DNA of 64,000 nt from an uncultured delta proteobacterium (GCA_963806225.1 CAWDXG010000004.1:4160001-4224000), one strand, 5' to 3'. Shown: positions 1-11,284, numbered from the stretch's first letter. The notes: generated by a model not told the origin, from the sequence alone. Numbers and translations: made by a program.

Positions 1-72
1 CTGCGCGATCTGGACCAGGGGGCCCGGGCGCAGAACGGCAGCGGGTAGCGATCGAAGTCGGGAGCGCGCAAA

Positions 73-2094
73 GTGAGCGACGAGACCGATCTCTACGCCC
101 TGCTCGCGGGAGAAATCGAGCGACGGCTGCCGGCGCTGCAAGCACAGAGGCCCGACGAGAGCGAGGTGCGCGCGGCGTTCCACTCGCTGAAGGGCTCGGC
201 CGGCATGGCGGGCTTCAACGATCTGGCGCTGGTCGTCGCACAGCTCGGCGCGCGCGTGCGCGGCGGAGACGACACGGCACGGTCCGCTGCGGCCGAGCTC
301 CTCGGCAGGGCGCTTGTGCGCCTGCGCGCTGGCCAGAGCGCATTTCCGACAAGCTGGCCCGAACCACCGCCCATGCTCGGCGCGGCCAGCATCGAGCCGG
401 ACTTCCGCGCCGAATACCTGGCAGCGATGCGGGATCGGCTAGGCGAGATCGACGGCGCGCTCGCCAGCGACGACGCGCCGAAGCTGGCGGTCGAGCGCGC
501 CTATCGCAGCGTCCACGGCATGAAGGGCGCGGCCGGCGCCGTCGGCGACGACGCGACGGCGTGGTATTGCCACGGCCTGGAAGCGCGATTGAAGAGGGTG
601 CTCGCGGGGGAGCAGGCGCCCGACGACGCGCTGGTGGACCTGGCGCGGCACCGGGCCATCATCGCGCTCCTACTCGAACAACCCGTCCGCGCGCTCGCCA
701 CGCTCAGAACCCTGGCTGGCCGACAGGCGATGCCCGACAAGCCGCCGTCGAGCCGCCCTCCTTCGAGCCGCGCTCCCGGGAGCCCTCCACCGACCCGCCC
801 TCCACCGGACGACGATGAAGAGGAAGCGGAGGAGCTCCTGCACGTTCCGTCGAGTACCGCGGATCGCTTCCTCGAGCGGCTGGAGCGGATTGATCTCGTG
901 CAGGACGAGCTCAGCGGGACCGCCGAGTCGGTGCGGCAGATCGCAGCCCGCCTGCGCGACCTCCGGGCCAGCCTGCTGGAAGCGCTCAGGCTCATCGGTC
1001 CGCCCCGACCCTGGGGCGCGCCGGCCGCAGCGCTCGCGCACATCGACAACGCCGCTCACACGCTGGGCGCCGCCGCAGACAGCGCCGATCGCAGCGGCAT
1101 GGTCTGCCGCCGCAATGCCGAGGTGCTGCACAGCCGCACCACCGAGATGCGCGCCACGGTCTCGACCCTGCGACGCACGACGGTGCGCTGGCTTTTCGAC
1201 CGGGTCAGCCACGGGATCGAGCGGCTGGCAGCGCGCGAGGGACATCTGGTCGAGATCCACACCAGCGGCGCCAACCTGCCCATCGACCGCAGAGTCGCCC
1301 AGCGTCTGCTCGACCCGATGATGCAGCTCGCGCGCAACGCCGTCGCGCACGGCATCGAGTCCCCCGAAGACCGCGCACGGAGCGGGAAAGCCAAGATCGG
1401 CAACGTCACGCTGCACGCGGAACGCATCGGCGACTGGGTCAGGATCGTCGTCAGCGACGACGGCCGCGGCGTGGACGTGGAGCGCATCCGCAAGCTTGCC
1501 GTGGAGTCGGGTGCGATCACCCGGGAAGCAGCAGGCAGCGCTCACGAGGACGAGTTGCTCGCGATGCTCTTCCTGCCCGGCTTGACCACACGCGACGCGG
1601 CCGATCTGCTGGCGGGACGCGGCGTCGGACTGGACCTGGCCAAGGACACGATCCGGCGCCTGGGCGGGGCCATTCGTCTGGCGGGACGCGCGGGCGGAGG
1701 GCTTGCGGCGACGATTGAAGTGCCGAGCGAGCGCGGAATGGTGGAAGTGCTGTGGCTGGAGGCGGGCGATCTGCGCTTCGCCCTGCCCGTGGGCTTCACC
1801 GGGCGGCTGGCGCCCGCGAGCGCGGCTCGCAACGTGCCTCTCCCGGCGTGCCTGGGCTTGCCGGACAAAGGGCCGCCAAAGCTTGCGCTGGAGCTCCAGA
1901 TCCGCGGCGTGCAACCGATTTCGATCGGCATCGACCAAGCGTACGACATCGAGGAAGTCAGCGTGCGACCGGTACCGCCGCTGATCGCGGCTGCGGGACC
2001 GTACAGCGGTGCGATCCTGCGCGGCGACGGCTCGCTCAGGCTCGCGCTCGATGCAGCGCTCCTGGCGGCGCGTGCCTGGTCGCTCGTCTCCTGA
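73..2094 (+). CDS. cheA: CheA-like chemotaxis histidine kinase (two Hpt domains, HATPase, degenerate CheW-like C-terminus)
   Basis: Hpt motifs FHSLKGSA and VHGMKGAA; N-box RNAVAHGIE; DDGRG; FLPGLTT; GRGVGLD. Confidence 0.85.
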   Translation: MSDETDLYALLAGEIERRLPALQAQRPDESEVRAAFHSLKGSAGMAGFNDLALVVAQLGARVRGGDDTARSAAAELLGRALVRLRAGQSAFPTSWPEPPPMLGAASIEPDFRAEYLAAMRDRLGEIDGALASDDAPKLAVERAYRSVHGMKGAAGAVGDDATAWYCHGLEARLKRVLAGEQAPDDALVDLARHRAIIALLLEQPVRALATLRTLAGRQAMPDKPPSSRPPSSRAPGSPPPTRPPPDDDEEEAEELLHVPSSTADRFLERLERIDLVQDELSGTAESVRQIAARLRDLRASLLEALRLIGPPRPWGAPAAALAHIDNAAHTLGAAADSADRSGMVCRRNAEVLHSRTTEMRATVSTLRRTTVRWLFDRVSHGIERLAAREGHLVEIHTSGANLPIDRRVAQRLLDPMMQLARNAVAHGIESPEDRARSGKAKIGNVTLHAERIGDWVRIVVSDDGRGVDVERIRKLAVESGAITREAAGSAHEDELLAMLFLPGLTTRDAADLLAGRGVGLDLAKDTIRRLGGAIRLAGRAGGGLAATIEVPSERGMVEVLWLEAGDLRFALPVGFTGRLAPASAARNVPLPACLGLPDKGPPKLALELQIRGVQPISIGIDQAYDIEEVSVRPVPPLIAAAGPYSGAILRGDGSLRLALDAALLAARAWSLVS

Positions 2095-2169
2095 TCAGCG
2101 AAAAGGCGCCGTACCTCGAAAGCGCTTGCAGCCCCGCTTGCGCGCGATAGCCTTCCAGGCCCAGCGTCG

Positions 2170-2658
2170 ATGCTCATCGGCCCGATGCTCCCGAGCGACC
2201 GGAAAGCGGTCGAATCCATCGCGCGGCTGTCCGCCGTGGAGCTGGACGTCCAGGCGGAGCTCCAGCGTCGCTGGGCGCGCATCTGGATCGGACGGCTCGC
2301 ACCGAAGGACTCCGCGGCGGGCTTCCTGCTGGCGTGGTCGGTCGCCGACGAGTTGCACGTGATCAACGTCGCCACCCACCCCGAACGCCGCCGCCGCGGC
2401 GTCGCCAACGCCCTGATGACGGAGCTCATCCAGACCGCGCTCGAGGAACGACGGAGCCGGGTGCTGCTGGAGGTGCGGCGCTCGAACCGCGCGGCCATCA
2501 GGCTGTACCGGGCGCATGGTTTCTCCGCGATCGGGGTCCGGCGCGCCTACTACCCGGACAACTCGGAGGACGCGATCGAGATGATGCTGTCTATCGACCC
2601 GGAAACGGGCAGCGTGCTCCCGGCGCAGGACGAGATCGTGCTAAACGACCCCTCCTGA
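2170..2658 (+). CDS. rimI: Ribosomal-protein-alanine N-acetyltransferase (GNAT)
   Basis: ELHVINVATHPERRRRGVA, LEVRRSNRAAIRLY, RRAYY motifs. Confidence 0.85.
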   Translation: MLIGPMLPSDRKAVESIARLSAVELDVQAELQRRWARIWIGRLAPKDSAAGFLLAWSVADELHVINVATHPERRRRGVANALMTELIQTALEERRSRVLLEVRRSNRAAIRLYRAHGFSAIGVRRAYYPDNSEDAIEMMLSIDPETGSVLPAQDEIVLNDPS

Positions 2659-2668
2659 GGACTCCAGC

Positions 2669-3514
2669 GTGGCACCCAGCCCCGAACCCCGACCGCTCGC
2701 GCCGCGACGTCCGATCACCGCGCCGCTTCTCCGGCGCGAGAGCATCGGCGACGCGTATCACGTGCTCACGTTCGACGTGCCGGAGGGCGTGGACGCACAA
2801 GCCGGACAGTTCGCGATGGTGCGCGGCGCGGAATGGGGCGATTCTCCGCTTCTGCCACGGCCGATGAGCTACCTGACCGCCGGCGCGACGCCGTCGATCC
2901 TGATCAAGGTCGTGGGCGAGGGGACGATCCGCATGGCGCGCGCCGAGCCCGGCGAGCCGTTCTCGCTGCTCGGCCCGCTCGGCAACTGCTGGCGCGCACC
3001 CACACCGGGAAAGCGGCAGTTGCTCGTCGCGGGCGGCGTAGGCGTGGCACCGCTCTTGTTCCTGGCGCGTGAGCTGGGCCGCGGCGACAAGCGGCCGATC
3101 TGCCTGTACGGCGGCCGCAGCGGCCGCGATCTACCGCTCGACGACGAGCTGGGCGAAGTGAGCGAGCTTTCGCTATCGACCGAGGACGGATCGCGCGGCA
3201 CCCGTGGCAGAGTCACCGACCTCATGGAGCGGGTGCTCGAAGACGACATGGAAGTGTTCACGTGCGGCCCCGATCGCATGATGGCTGCCGTCGCTGCGAT
3301 ATGCGCGAAGCGCAACGTCCCCTGCGAGGTCTCGCTGGAGACGCCCATGGCGTGCGGCTACGGCGTCTGCCTGGGTTGCCCGGTGCCCGTGGAGGGCGGC
3401 GGCTACCTGTACGCCTGCACGCAGGGTCCGTGCGTGGACGCCCGGCGCGTGGACTGGAGCTCGGCCGATCACGCTCCCCGCGGAGCATTCACCGCCGGCA
3501 GGCGCTCGTCATGA
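2669..3514 (+). CDS. pyrK: Dihydroorotate dehydrogenase electron transfer subunit
   Basis: RPMS, GPLGN, AGGVGVAP, CGP and MACGYGVCLGC...C 2Fe-2S motif; ATGA-coupled to pyrD. Confidence 0.92.
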   Translation: MAPSPEPRPLAPRRPITAPLLRRESIGDAYHVLTFDVPEGVDAQAGQFAMVRGAEWGDSPLLPRPMSYLTAGATPSILIKVVGEGTIRMARAEPGEPFSLLGPLGNCWRAPTPGKRQLLVAGGVGVAPLLFLARELGRGDKRPICLYGGRSGRDLPLDDELGEVSELSLSTEDGSRGTRGRVTDLMERVLEDDMEVFTCGPDRMMAAVAAICAKRNVPCEVSLETPMACGYGVCLGCPVPVEGGGYLYACTQGPCVDARRVDWSSADHAPRGAFTAGRRSS

Positions 3515-4422
3515 CCTCCCAGGCTGTACGCATCGGCTCGCTGGAGCTGGACAATCCCGTGCTCACCGCCTCGGGCACCTTCGGCTACGGGCTGGAGTAC
3601 GACGACTTCTTCGACGTGGCGCTGCTCGGCGGCATCTGCACCAAGGGGCTCAGCCTGCACCCGCGGCCCGGCAATCCGCCGGAGCGCATCTGCGAGACGC
3701 CGGCCGGCATGCTCAACGCGATCGGCCTGGCGAACGTCGGCGTCGAGAACTTCTGCAGCGAGAAACTGCCGATACTCCGCGAGCGCGGAGTCACGGTCGT
3801 CGCCAACATCTTCGCGAGCACGGTCGACGATTTCGTGCGCATCACCGAACGGCTGGACAGCGAAGAGGGCGTGCACGCCATCGAGCTCAACGTGTCCTGC
3901 CCGAACGTGACCCACGGCGGCATCGAGTTCGGGCGCGACCCGAAGCTGGCCTCGCAGGTTACGGCCGCCGTGCGCGCCGCAACGAAGCGACCCGTGTGGG
4001 TCAAGATGAGCCCGGAAGCGGGCGACATCGCCGAGGTGGCGCGGGCCTGCGAAAGCGCCGGCGCCGATGCGCTCACCGCGATCAACACCATCCGCGGCAT
4101 GTCGATCGACACCGCGAGCATGAGGCCGCGACTTGCGAACCGCACCGGCGGCTTCAGCGGACCGGGCCTGAGACCCATCGCGCTGCGCATCGTGTGGGAT
4201 CTGGTGGAGGCCGTGTCGATCCCGATTATCGGGATCGGCGGCATCTCCACGGCCCGCGACGCCCTGGAGTTCCTGCTCGCGGGCGCCAGCGCCGTGCAGG
4301 TCGGCACCGCGAGCTTCTCCGACCCCTGCGCCGCGCTGAAAGTCGCCGACGGGATCCGCGAATACTGCCGGCAGCAGGAGCTGTCCGTCAGCGACGTGAT
4401 CGGGCGCGCGCACCCCAGGTAG
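3511..4422 (+). CDS. pyrD: Dihydroorotate dehydrogenase (family 1B) catalytic subunit
   Basis: ASGTFG, NAIGLAN, ELNVSCPN, GIGGI, AVQVGT; ATG at 3511 overlaps the pyrK stop. Confidence 0.95.
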   Translation: MTSQAVRIGSLELDNPVLTASGTFGYGLEYDDFFDVALLGGICTKGLSLHPRPGNPPERICETPAGMLNAIGLANVGVENFCSEKLPILRERGVTVVANIFASTVDDFVRITERLDSEEGVHAIELNVSCPNVTHGGIEFGRDPKLASQVTAAVRAATKRPVWVKMSPEAGDIAEVARACESAGADALTAINTIRGMSIDTASMRPRLANRTGGFSGPGLRPIALRIVWDLVEAVSIPIIGIGGISTARDALEFLLAGASAVQVGTASFSDPCAALKVADGIREYCRQQELSVSDVIGRAHPR

Positions 4423-4424
4423 GC

Positions 4425-4452
4425 CTCCCGGGCGGGCAATCCGGGGGTTTTT
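4425..4452 (+). terminator. Intrinsic terminator after pyrD
   Basis: CTCCCGG/CCGGGGG stem followed by TTTTT directly after the stop codon. Confidence 0.6.
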
Positions 4453-4536
4453 GCGCCGGGCCGAGCACGAAATCGGGCTCGTCGTGCTAGATCGGTGGCT
4501 TGGTCGTTCCCGGGGGGACGGCCCCTGAACCCGACG

Positions 4537-5301
4537 ATGGACGTTCCGCACCGCCCGAAACACCCGCGAGTTCCACGACAGCGCCAGATCGAGCTCCTGT
4601 CAGCCGTGATCGAACGCGTCAGCGAGGAGGCGGATCGCTATCCGCAGCTCGTCGTCTTCGATCTCGACGGAACCCTGCTCGACAACCGCCCGCGCAGCGT
4701 AGCCATCATGCACGAGCTGGCGGCCAAGTGGGAGACCGACAATCCCGAGGAAGCGGAGCTGCTGCGCGAGGCAGATGCCGAGACGCTGGCCTACCTGTTC
4801 GAGGACAACCTACGAGCGCTGGGGGTGCGCGACTCGCGGCTGCTCGACGAAGCCCTGACGTTCTGGAAGGACCGCTTCTTCACGGACGACTTCCTGCTGC
4901 ATGACCAGCCCGTGGACGGCGCGGTGAAGTACGCCGTTCAATGCTGGGAGGCCGGCGCGACGCTCGTGTACTTCACGGGACGCGACCTGCCCAACATGGC
5001 GCTGGGCAGCCTGGCCAGCCTGCGCGACCTCGGCTTTCCTATCGGTGTGCCGGGGACCCAGCTCGTGCTCAAGCCGGATGCGCAGCTGGGCGACGACGAA
5101 TTCAAGCGCGACTACATGCCGGCTCTGCGGCGCAGCGGCCATCTGGTTGCCGCGTTCGACAACGAGCCGGGCAACTGCAACATCTTCAAGAGCGTGTTTC
5201 CGGATGTCGAGTCCTTCCTCGTCGACACCCAGCACCTGCCCGGCGCTCCCGAGCTCCGTCCCGACGTCCACGTGATCGAAGATCTTTCACTTTCCGGATG
5301 A
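4537..5301 (+). CDS. HAD-superfamily hydrolase
   Basis: VVFDLDGTL motif I, FTGR motif II, AFDNE motif IV; ATG at 4537 chosen. Confidence 0.8.
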   Translation: MDVPHRPKHPRVPRQRQIELLSAVIERVSEEADRYPQLVVFDLDGTLLDNRPRSVAIMHELAAKWETDNPEEAELLREADAETLAYLFEDNLRALGVRDSRLLDEALTFWKDRFFTDDFLLHDQPVDGAVKYAVQCWEAGATLVYFTGRDLPNMALGSLASLRDLGFPIGVPGTQLVLKPDAQLGDDEFKRDYMPALRRSGHLVAAFDNEPGNCNIFKSVFPDVESFLVDTQHLPGAPELRPDVHVIEDLSLSG

Positions 5302-6639
5302 CACCGCACCGCCGAAAGCCGAGAAGAACCGCCGGGCTGGTGCTGGCCCTGCTGCCGGCGTTCATCTCGCTCGGTTGCCGGTCACACAAGAAAGCGCCAG
5401 CGCAGAAGGACACGCCCAACGAGCCCAGCCCGAACGCCAGCATCCTTCCGGCTCCCCTGGCGTCGGGCGCCGAGCTGGTCACGAAGGCCCACGCCGCCGC
5501 TCTGGACGGCGGAAGGGTGGGCATTCCCGCGGATTCCGCTGGCCGGCTGATCCTGCCGGACGCGGGACCTCCGCCACCGCGCGCGTTCCGCGGCGACCAG
5601 GCGTTGCCGCGCGACACGCTCACACAGCGCGACGGAATCGGCGCGACGCTGCAGGCCGAGTGGAAGTGGTTCGAAACGCCGGCGCCCGCTGCGGTCCCCG
5701 AGCTGGACAAGGACGGCGAGAAGCGCGCCCGGGACAAGACCGCGCTGACCGTCACCATCGATCTCGCGCTGGCCGGGCGCATGCGCTTCGCGTTCGACTC
5801 GGTGACATTTCCACTTCCCGTCCACAGCGAGCTGCGTGCCCGCCGCGACCACTACGGCAACGTGCTGGTGTGGCCCAACGGGCAGGCCTACCGGGTGCTC
5901 GAGCCGGGAGCGCTGCGCGCCATGTTCGCCGAGCGGCGCGCGGATGTGGTGCCGCTGGTCGCCGGCAAGCTGAAACACCGGGGCAAGGGCAAGCTGCTGG
6001 GCCTCGACACGGAAAAGCTCCAGCTGACGAGCCCCACCGGCAAGCTCCTGCTCGAGCAGGCGCGTGTGCCCGGTACGGGATCGGGCGGCGAGCTCCTGTG
6101 TCGATTGCTCGTGGAGCTGGTCGCGATCCAGCCGGCCTCCAGCGCGTGCCGGCCGGAGACGGTGCCGTTGTCCGCGGACTTCACCTGGCCCGACGGGGGT
6201 CGGCTGGGCTTCGCGGTCAGCTCGCTCACGCGGCGGCAGGATCTGCCCATCGGCGGGATCTTCGTTCCACCCGTCGGCGCCCTGTTCAAGCCCGGGGAGC
6301 TGCCGCCCCAGTCCTCCGGCGTGCTGCTGACGAAGAGCGACCTCACCGCGCTCCGCACCGGGGCGGCCAAGAGCCCCCACCCGGAAAAGGGCGCACCGGG
6401 CGAAGGACTCATGGCGGTCAACCACACCGACACGCTGCGCTACGTGCTGCTCGACGGTATTCCGATCGCATGGGTACGGCCGCGCTCGCAGCAGTACGTC
6501 ATCGGGCCTCCCGCCGGCCACTACAGCGTCGGCTGGCGCGACTTCCTCGGCACGGAGATTCGAGCCGCCACGGTCCATCGACCTGCCAGCCCGCGTCGAG
6601 CTCGGCGGACAGCCCGACGCCGGCACGGGCAGGAAGTAG
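5298..6639 (+). CDS. Putative lipoprotein of unknown function; apparent +1 frameshift near 6559
   Basis: ATG 5298 overlaps the upstream stop; lipobox ISLGC; removing one T at 6559-6560 gives EIEPPRSIDLPARVELG...TGRK and a stop at 6637-6639, just before the convergent gene. Confidence 0.7.
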
Positions 6640-6643
6640 CGCG

Positions 6644-7258
6644 TCACCCCAGCCGCTGCGGCTGCTCGGCGTAGTCGTCCTCGTCGAACTGCACGCCAGC
6701 CTGGCCACCTTCGAGCATCTGGGCTCTGAGCGCATCGGCGGCTATCTCGATGACCTCGAGCCGGGTCGAGAGCAGGAAGTACTCCTCTTCGCGGACAGGT
6801 GGCAGTTCGGCAACGCGCCGATCCACCACCTCGCGCTCCTCGGGCGCCAGCTTCAACTGCGACGACGGTCCATCGTGCTCGCTCCTCCTGTGGATGGCGT
6901 CGTACGCCACACCGATCGGATTGAGGGATAGGAACACGGGCCGCGCGCACAGCCGCCACTCGTGGGCATCGACCGAGGGGATGCTCCAGAAACCGGGAAC
7001 CAGCCTTCGCACCACCTCGCCGAAGTAGGCGCCGACCGCCCGCGCCACCAGCGGCAGCAGCTCCGGACGCTCGCTCATGCTGTCGCGCACCAGGTCGAGG
7101 TAGTGGTCGACCAGTGGCAGCGTCTCGGGGCAATAGTCTGGAAGGAGCCCAGTCGCCCGCTGGACGTACTGGCGGCAGGCCTCCGAAAGCTCCGCGATCC
7201 CCGGGGGCGGCGCCTCCGGATCGATGCCTTCTTCCTTGTCGGGCTCGTCCCCGGTCAC
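6644..7258 (-). CDS. Hypothetical protein
   Basis: 204-aa ORF with natural composition filling the space between neighbouring genes. Confidence 0.75.
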   Translation of the reverse strand: MTGDEPDKEEGIDPEAPPPGIAELSEACRQYVQRATGLLPDYCPETLPLVDHYLDLVRDSMSERPELLPLVARAVGAYFGEVVRRLVPGFWSIPSVDAHEWRLCARPVFLSLNPIGVAYDAIHRRSEHDGPSSQLKLAPEEREVVDRRVAELPPVREEEYFLLSTRLEVIEIAADALRAQMLEGGQAGVQFDEDDYAEQPQRLG

Positions 7259-7423
7259 GCCCGGAGCCTAGTACGGCACGCCGGTCGGTGCCTCATCCCC
7301 CAGGTTACCCCTGCTTTTCGGCTGCGCCGCTGCCGTCCGCGAGGGCGGGGGGCACAAAACCACCGTCCGTAGATCACGTTCCGTCACTTCGCCCGAGGCC
7401 GTGTTATTGTTCGCAGTCTCCAG

Positions 7424-8161
7424 ATGCGCCTCGGGATCCTGAGCGATATCCACGCCAACTACGAAGCATTGAGCGCTGTGCTCGAGGCGTACAAGGCGGA
7501 AGATGTCGACGAGTACTTCTGCCTCGGCGACACGGTCGGCTATGGCGGCTCGCCGAACGAATGCGCCAACCTGATCCGCGAGCGGACCAAGGCGTGCATC
7601 CTCGGCAACCACGACGCCGCGGTGGCCGGGCGCATGGACTACTCGTACTATTATGAAGCGGCGCGGCACGCGCTCGATACCCACGCACAGCTGCTCTCGA
7701 CCGAGAACATGCAGTGGCTCCGGAGCCTGCCGTACCAGGTCGAGCTCGATGAACACGCGCTGAACCTGTGCCACGGGTCGCCGGTGCGGCTGGAAGAGTT
7801 CGAATATATCTTCGCTCCGGAGCAGGCGCGGGAATGCCTCCCCATCTATGACCAGCTCGGCCACCTGACGCTGATCGGCCACTCGCATCTGTGCAAGGTG
7901 TTCGCACTGACGCCGACCACGGTCGAGGAGCTGCCGCCGGTGGACTTCGAGCTCGCCCCCGACCGCAAGTACATCTGCAGCGTGGGCTCGGTCGGGCAGC
8001 CGCGCGACTACGACAACCGCGCCAGCTACACGGTCTTCGACACGGAGAACAAGACGTTCGAGTTCAAACGCGTCGAGTACGACATCGAAACGGCCGCCGA
8101 CAAGGTGCTGCGCGCCAAGCTCGAGCGTAACTTCGCCCACCGCCTGTTTATCGGGGTGTGA
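7424..8161 (+). CDS. Calcineurin-like metallophosphoesterase
   Basis: DIHAN, GDTVGYG, GNHD, HGSP, GHSH, GSVGQPRD motifs. Confidence 0.92.
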   Translation: MRLGILSDIHANYEALSAVLEAYKAEDVDEYFCLGDTVGYGGSPNECANLIRERTKACILGNHDAAVAGRMDYSYYYEAARHALDTHAQLLSTENMQWLRSLPYQVELDEHALNLCHGSPVRLEEFEYIFAPEQARECLPIYDQLGHLTLIGHSHLCKVFALTPTTVEELPPVDFELAPDRKYICSVGSVGQPRDYDNRASYTVFDTENKTFEFKRVEYDIETAADKVLRAKLERNFAHRLFIGV

Positions 8162-8195
8162 TCGCTCGCGGCGGGGGCAGGGGCGCTCGCCTCGG

Positions 8196-8228
8196 GCGGG
8201 GACCCCACCGCGCTCCGCGCGGCCCCGC
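8196..8228. repeat. GC-rich nested hairpin between convergent genes (terminator or REP-like)
   Basis: GCGGGG...CCGCGC-TCC-GCGCGG-CCCCGC inverted repeat. Confidence 0.4.
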
Positions 8229-8241
8229 TTCGGCTGGTTGG

Positions 8242-9783
8242 CTAGACGTTGATGGTCCAGTCGGTGCCGTCGGGCGTGTCTTTTAGACTGATGCCGAGGG
8301 CAGCGAGCTCGTCGCGCAGCTCGTCGGAGCGGGCAAAGTCCTTGGCCTTGCGGGCTTCGGTGCGCGCCCGGACCTTCGCGTCGATGTCCTCGACCGTGAG
8401 CCCGCGGAGCGCGAGGCGGCGGGCGCGCGTGCGCTCGGCGTAGTCGTCGGGTTCGGCCTGGAGCAGCCCCAGCTCGTCGGCGAGCTTGTCGATGTCGCTC
8501 TGGATGCTGCGCGCGGCCACCGCGGCGGCGCCGACGAACGCCGCGTCCTTGCGCCGCTTGTGGGCCAGGTCACAGAGCTCGTTGCCGAGCCGGGCCATCT
8601 CGCCCAGCGAGGCCAGCGCAACCGGCGTGTTCAAATCGTCGTCGAGACCGGCACGGCCCGCTTCCGCCGCTTCGCGCACGGCGTCGCGCAGCTTCGCCGC
8701 TTCGGGCGGCAGCTTCGATGGCGCCGTGACGCCGCGCGCGACCAGCTCCTCCAGCCGCGCGTGGGTCGCGTACATGTAGTCCACGCGCCGCTCGGCCTCG
8801 TCCACACCGGGGAAGATCACCCGCCCGCTCTCGAGCTTCTCAGTGTCGAACTGCACCGGGCCCCGGTAGTGCACTCCCAGAAGGAACCAGCGAAAGCCTT
8901 CCGGGTCGTTGCAATCGAGCACGTCCTGCACGGTCACGAAGTTGCCGAGCGACTTGCTCATCTTCTCCTTGTCGATGCTGACGAAGCCGTTGTGCATCCA
9001 GCAGTGCGCCATGGGCCCCCGCTCCGGCGCCGCTGCCTCGCTCTGGGCAATCTCGTTCTCGTGGTGCGGGAAGATCAGATCCATGCCGCCTGCGTGGATG
9101 TCGAAGCCGTGCCCGAGATAGTGCGTGCTCATCGCCGAGCATTCGATGTGCCACCCAGGACGGCCGCGACCCCACGGGCTGTCCCAGCCCCACTCCTCCT
9201 CCTTCGCGCCTTTCCACAGGGCAAAATCGAGCGGATCGCGCTTGCTCTCGTCCTTTTCCACGCGCGCGCCGACCATCAGCTCGTCGATCTTGCGGCGCGA
9301 CAGCTTGCCGTAACCAGGGAAGCTCCGCACCGAGAAGTACACGTCCTTGGTGCCGCCCGGCATCTCCACGGCGTACGCGCTGCCGTGTTCGACCAGAGCA
9401 GTGATGAGCTTGAAGATCTGTTCGAGATGCTCGCTGACCCGGGGCTCCTGATCCGGATCGAGGCAGCCGCACAGTCGCATCTGCTCCTGGTAGACCGCGG
9501 CCATGCGCTTCGACAGCTCGAGCGGCGGCTCGCCGTTGTCCTTGGCACGAGCGAGGATCTTGTCGTCCACGTCCGTGAGGTTCCGGACGTAGGTCACCTC
9601 GAAGCCGAGGGCGCGGAGATGACGGACCAGGATGTCCGGGGCCAGCGCCGCGCGCGCGTGCCCTGCGTGCGGGACGTCGTAGACGGTCGGGCCGCAGCAG
9701 TAGATGCGGGCCTTGCCGGGTTCAACCGGCTCGAACGGTTCCGTGGCGCGCGTGAGTGTGTTGTAGAGCCGAAGCGGGGGCAT
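8242..9783 (-). CDS. cysS: Cysteine--tRNA ligase
   Basis: CGPTVYD, HAGH (HIGH-like), [23 protein letters not shown]. Confidence 0.97.
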   Translation of the reverse strand: MPPLRLYNTLTRATEPFEPVEPGKARIYCCGPTVYDVPHAGHARAALAPDILVRHLRALGFEVTYVRNLTDVDDKILARAKDNGEPPLELSKRMAAVYQEQMRLCGCLDPDQEPRVSEHLEQIFKLITALVEHGSAYAVEMPGGTKDVYFSVRSFPGYGKLSRRKIDELMVGARVEKDESKRDPLDFALWKGAKEEEWGWDSPWGRGRPGWHIECSAMSTHYLGHGFDIHAGGMDLIFPHHENEIAQSEAAAPERGPMAHCWMHNGFVSIDKEKMSKSLGNFVTVQDVLDCNDPEGFRWFLLGVHYRGPVQFDTEKLESGRVIFPGVDEAERRVDYMYATHARLEELVARGVTAPSKLPPEAAKLRDAVREAAEAGRAGLDDDLNTPVALASLGEMARLGNELCDLAHKRRKDAAFVGAAAVAARSIQSDIDKLADELGLLQAEPDDYAERTRARRLALRGLTVEDIDAKVRARTEARKAKDFARSDELRDELAALGISLKDTPDGTDWTINV

Positions 9784-9831
9784 ACTCAAACCGTTGAATT
9801 TATTGGAGTCTATCGTGGAGCTGCAAGGGCT

Positions 9832-10641
9832 TCAGTTCCAGCGGTCCGGCGGCAACCAGGGGTCACGGTGCTGTCCGGGCTCGTGGAAGCGGCTGCCCGG
9901 CCCGCCCCAGCCACCTCCGGGCGGGGGCGGACGGGGGGGTGGTCGCCAACCCTCCCAGCGCCGGGGCTCCACCCGCGCCCGACCGAGCATCCAGGCCCGG
10001 ATGGTCACCAGGCCAGTGATGAAACCGCCGAGGTGGGCGAAAAACGCCACGCCGCCACCCTCCCCGCCGCCGCCCAGCGCGCTGAGCCCGCCCCAGAGGT
10101 TCAGCAGGAAGAACTCGCCGACAACCAGCCACGCTGGAAACTCGAGAAACAACCCGAACACGAACCAGAGCGGGAAGATCGGATTGACGACCGTGACGGG
10201 CGCGCGCGGAAACAGCACCAGATACGCCCCCAGCACGCCTGCGATGGCGCCCGACGCGCCCACCATCGGAATGTGGCTCCCGGGATCGATGGCCATCTGG
10301 GCCAGCGCCGCGGCGAGGCCGCCCGCGAGATAGAAAAGCAGGTACCGATAGTGCCCGACCGCATCCTCGATGTTGTCCCCGAAGATGTACAGAAACAGCA
10401 TGTTGAACCCGATGTGGGCCCAACCGCCGTGCATGAACATGCTCGTCAGGATCGTGAACGCCTCGCCGCTGGGGTCCGCCACCAGCCGGGCAGGCACCAT
10501 CCCGTAGCCCGGGATGACCCAGGACGCGCCGGCCTGGATCAGCGCGTACTCCCAGAGCCACACCAGGACGTTGGCCGCGATCAGCGCGTAGTTCACATAC
10601 GGCGTCGTCCGCGTCGGATTGATGTCACGGATCGGAATCAT
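9832..10641 (-). CDS. Rhomboid family intramembrane serine protease
   Basis: SMFMHGGWAHIGFNM, GASGA, AHLGG; multiple TM segments. Confidence 0.93.
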   Translation of the reverse strand: MIPIRDINPTRTTPYVNYALIAANVLVWLWEYALIQAGASWVIPGYGMVPARLVADPSGEAFTILTSMFMHGGWAHIGFNMLFLYIFGDNIEDAVGHYRYLLFYLAGGLAAALAQMAIDPGSHIPMVGASGAIAGVLGAYLVLFPRAPVTVVNPIFPLWFVFGLFLEFPAWLVVGEFFLLNLWGGLSALGGGGEGGGVAFFAHLGGFITGLVTIRAWMLGRARVEPRRWEGWRPPPRPPPPGGGWGGPGSRFHEPGQHRDPWLPPDRWN

Positions 10642-10765
10642 CGAGCCAGGCCGGTAGGGTAATGCCTGCCGGCCCGAGCGGCGACCGGAAGGTGTTGCTT
10701 TCCGGCGGGTCCCGGGGGCCGGTTTTCCCCTGCGCCTGGCGTGCTAGCGTCCGTGCGACGAAGCC

Positions 10766-11284
10766 ATGACCGTCTGGAAATCCGCGACCGCTGCTCTGGC
10801 TCTGCTGGTCGGGGCTCTCCTGCTGCTGCCGGGGTGCGGCGGGGCGAGCTTCAACGGCCAGAAGTTCCAGGGCAACGGCATGGCATTCAGGGTCGGCCCC
10901 GTGCCCCCGGGCTGGCGCCGGATCAACGTCGGTCATGCGCTGGTCGCGTTCCGCGACGACGACGCCGAGGCCACGATCGCGCTCAATGGGCGCTGCAACA
11001 AGGACGGCGACGATGTCCCACTCTCGGCGCTGACGCACCACCTGTTCCTGATGTTCACCCACCGCAACATCATCAACCAGCGCACGTTGCCCATGGACGG
11101 CCGCCGCGCCATGCGCACCGAGCTCGTGGCAGAGCTGGACGGCGTCCCAAAGCGCTTCATTGTCTACGTGCTCAAGAAGGACAGCTGCGTCTACGACTTC
11201 ATCCACATCGCTGCGGTCAATGCGCCGGAATCGAGCACCACCGCCTTCGAACGCTTCGTCAAGGGCTTTGCCACGTCGAGCTGA
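10766..11284 (+). CDS. Putative lipoprotein, unknown function
   Basis: Signal peptide with LLPGC lipobox; 4 bp upstream of mlaE. Confidence 0.75.
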   Translation: MTVWKSATAALALLVGALLLLPGCGGASFNGQKFQGNGMAFRVGPVPPGWRRINVGHALVAFRDDDAEATIALNGRCNKDGDDVPLSALTHHLFLMFTHRNIINQRTLPMDGRRAMRTELVAELDGVPKRFIVYVLKKDSCVYDFIHIAAVNAPESSTTAFERFVKGFATSS

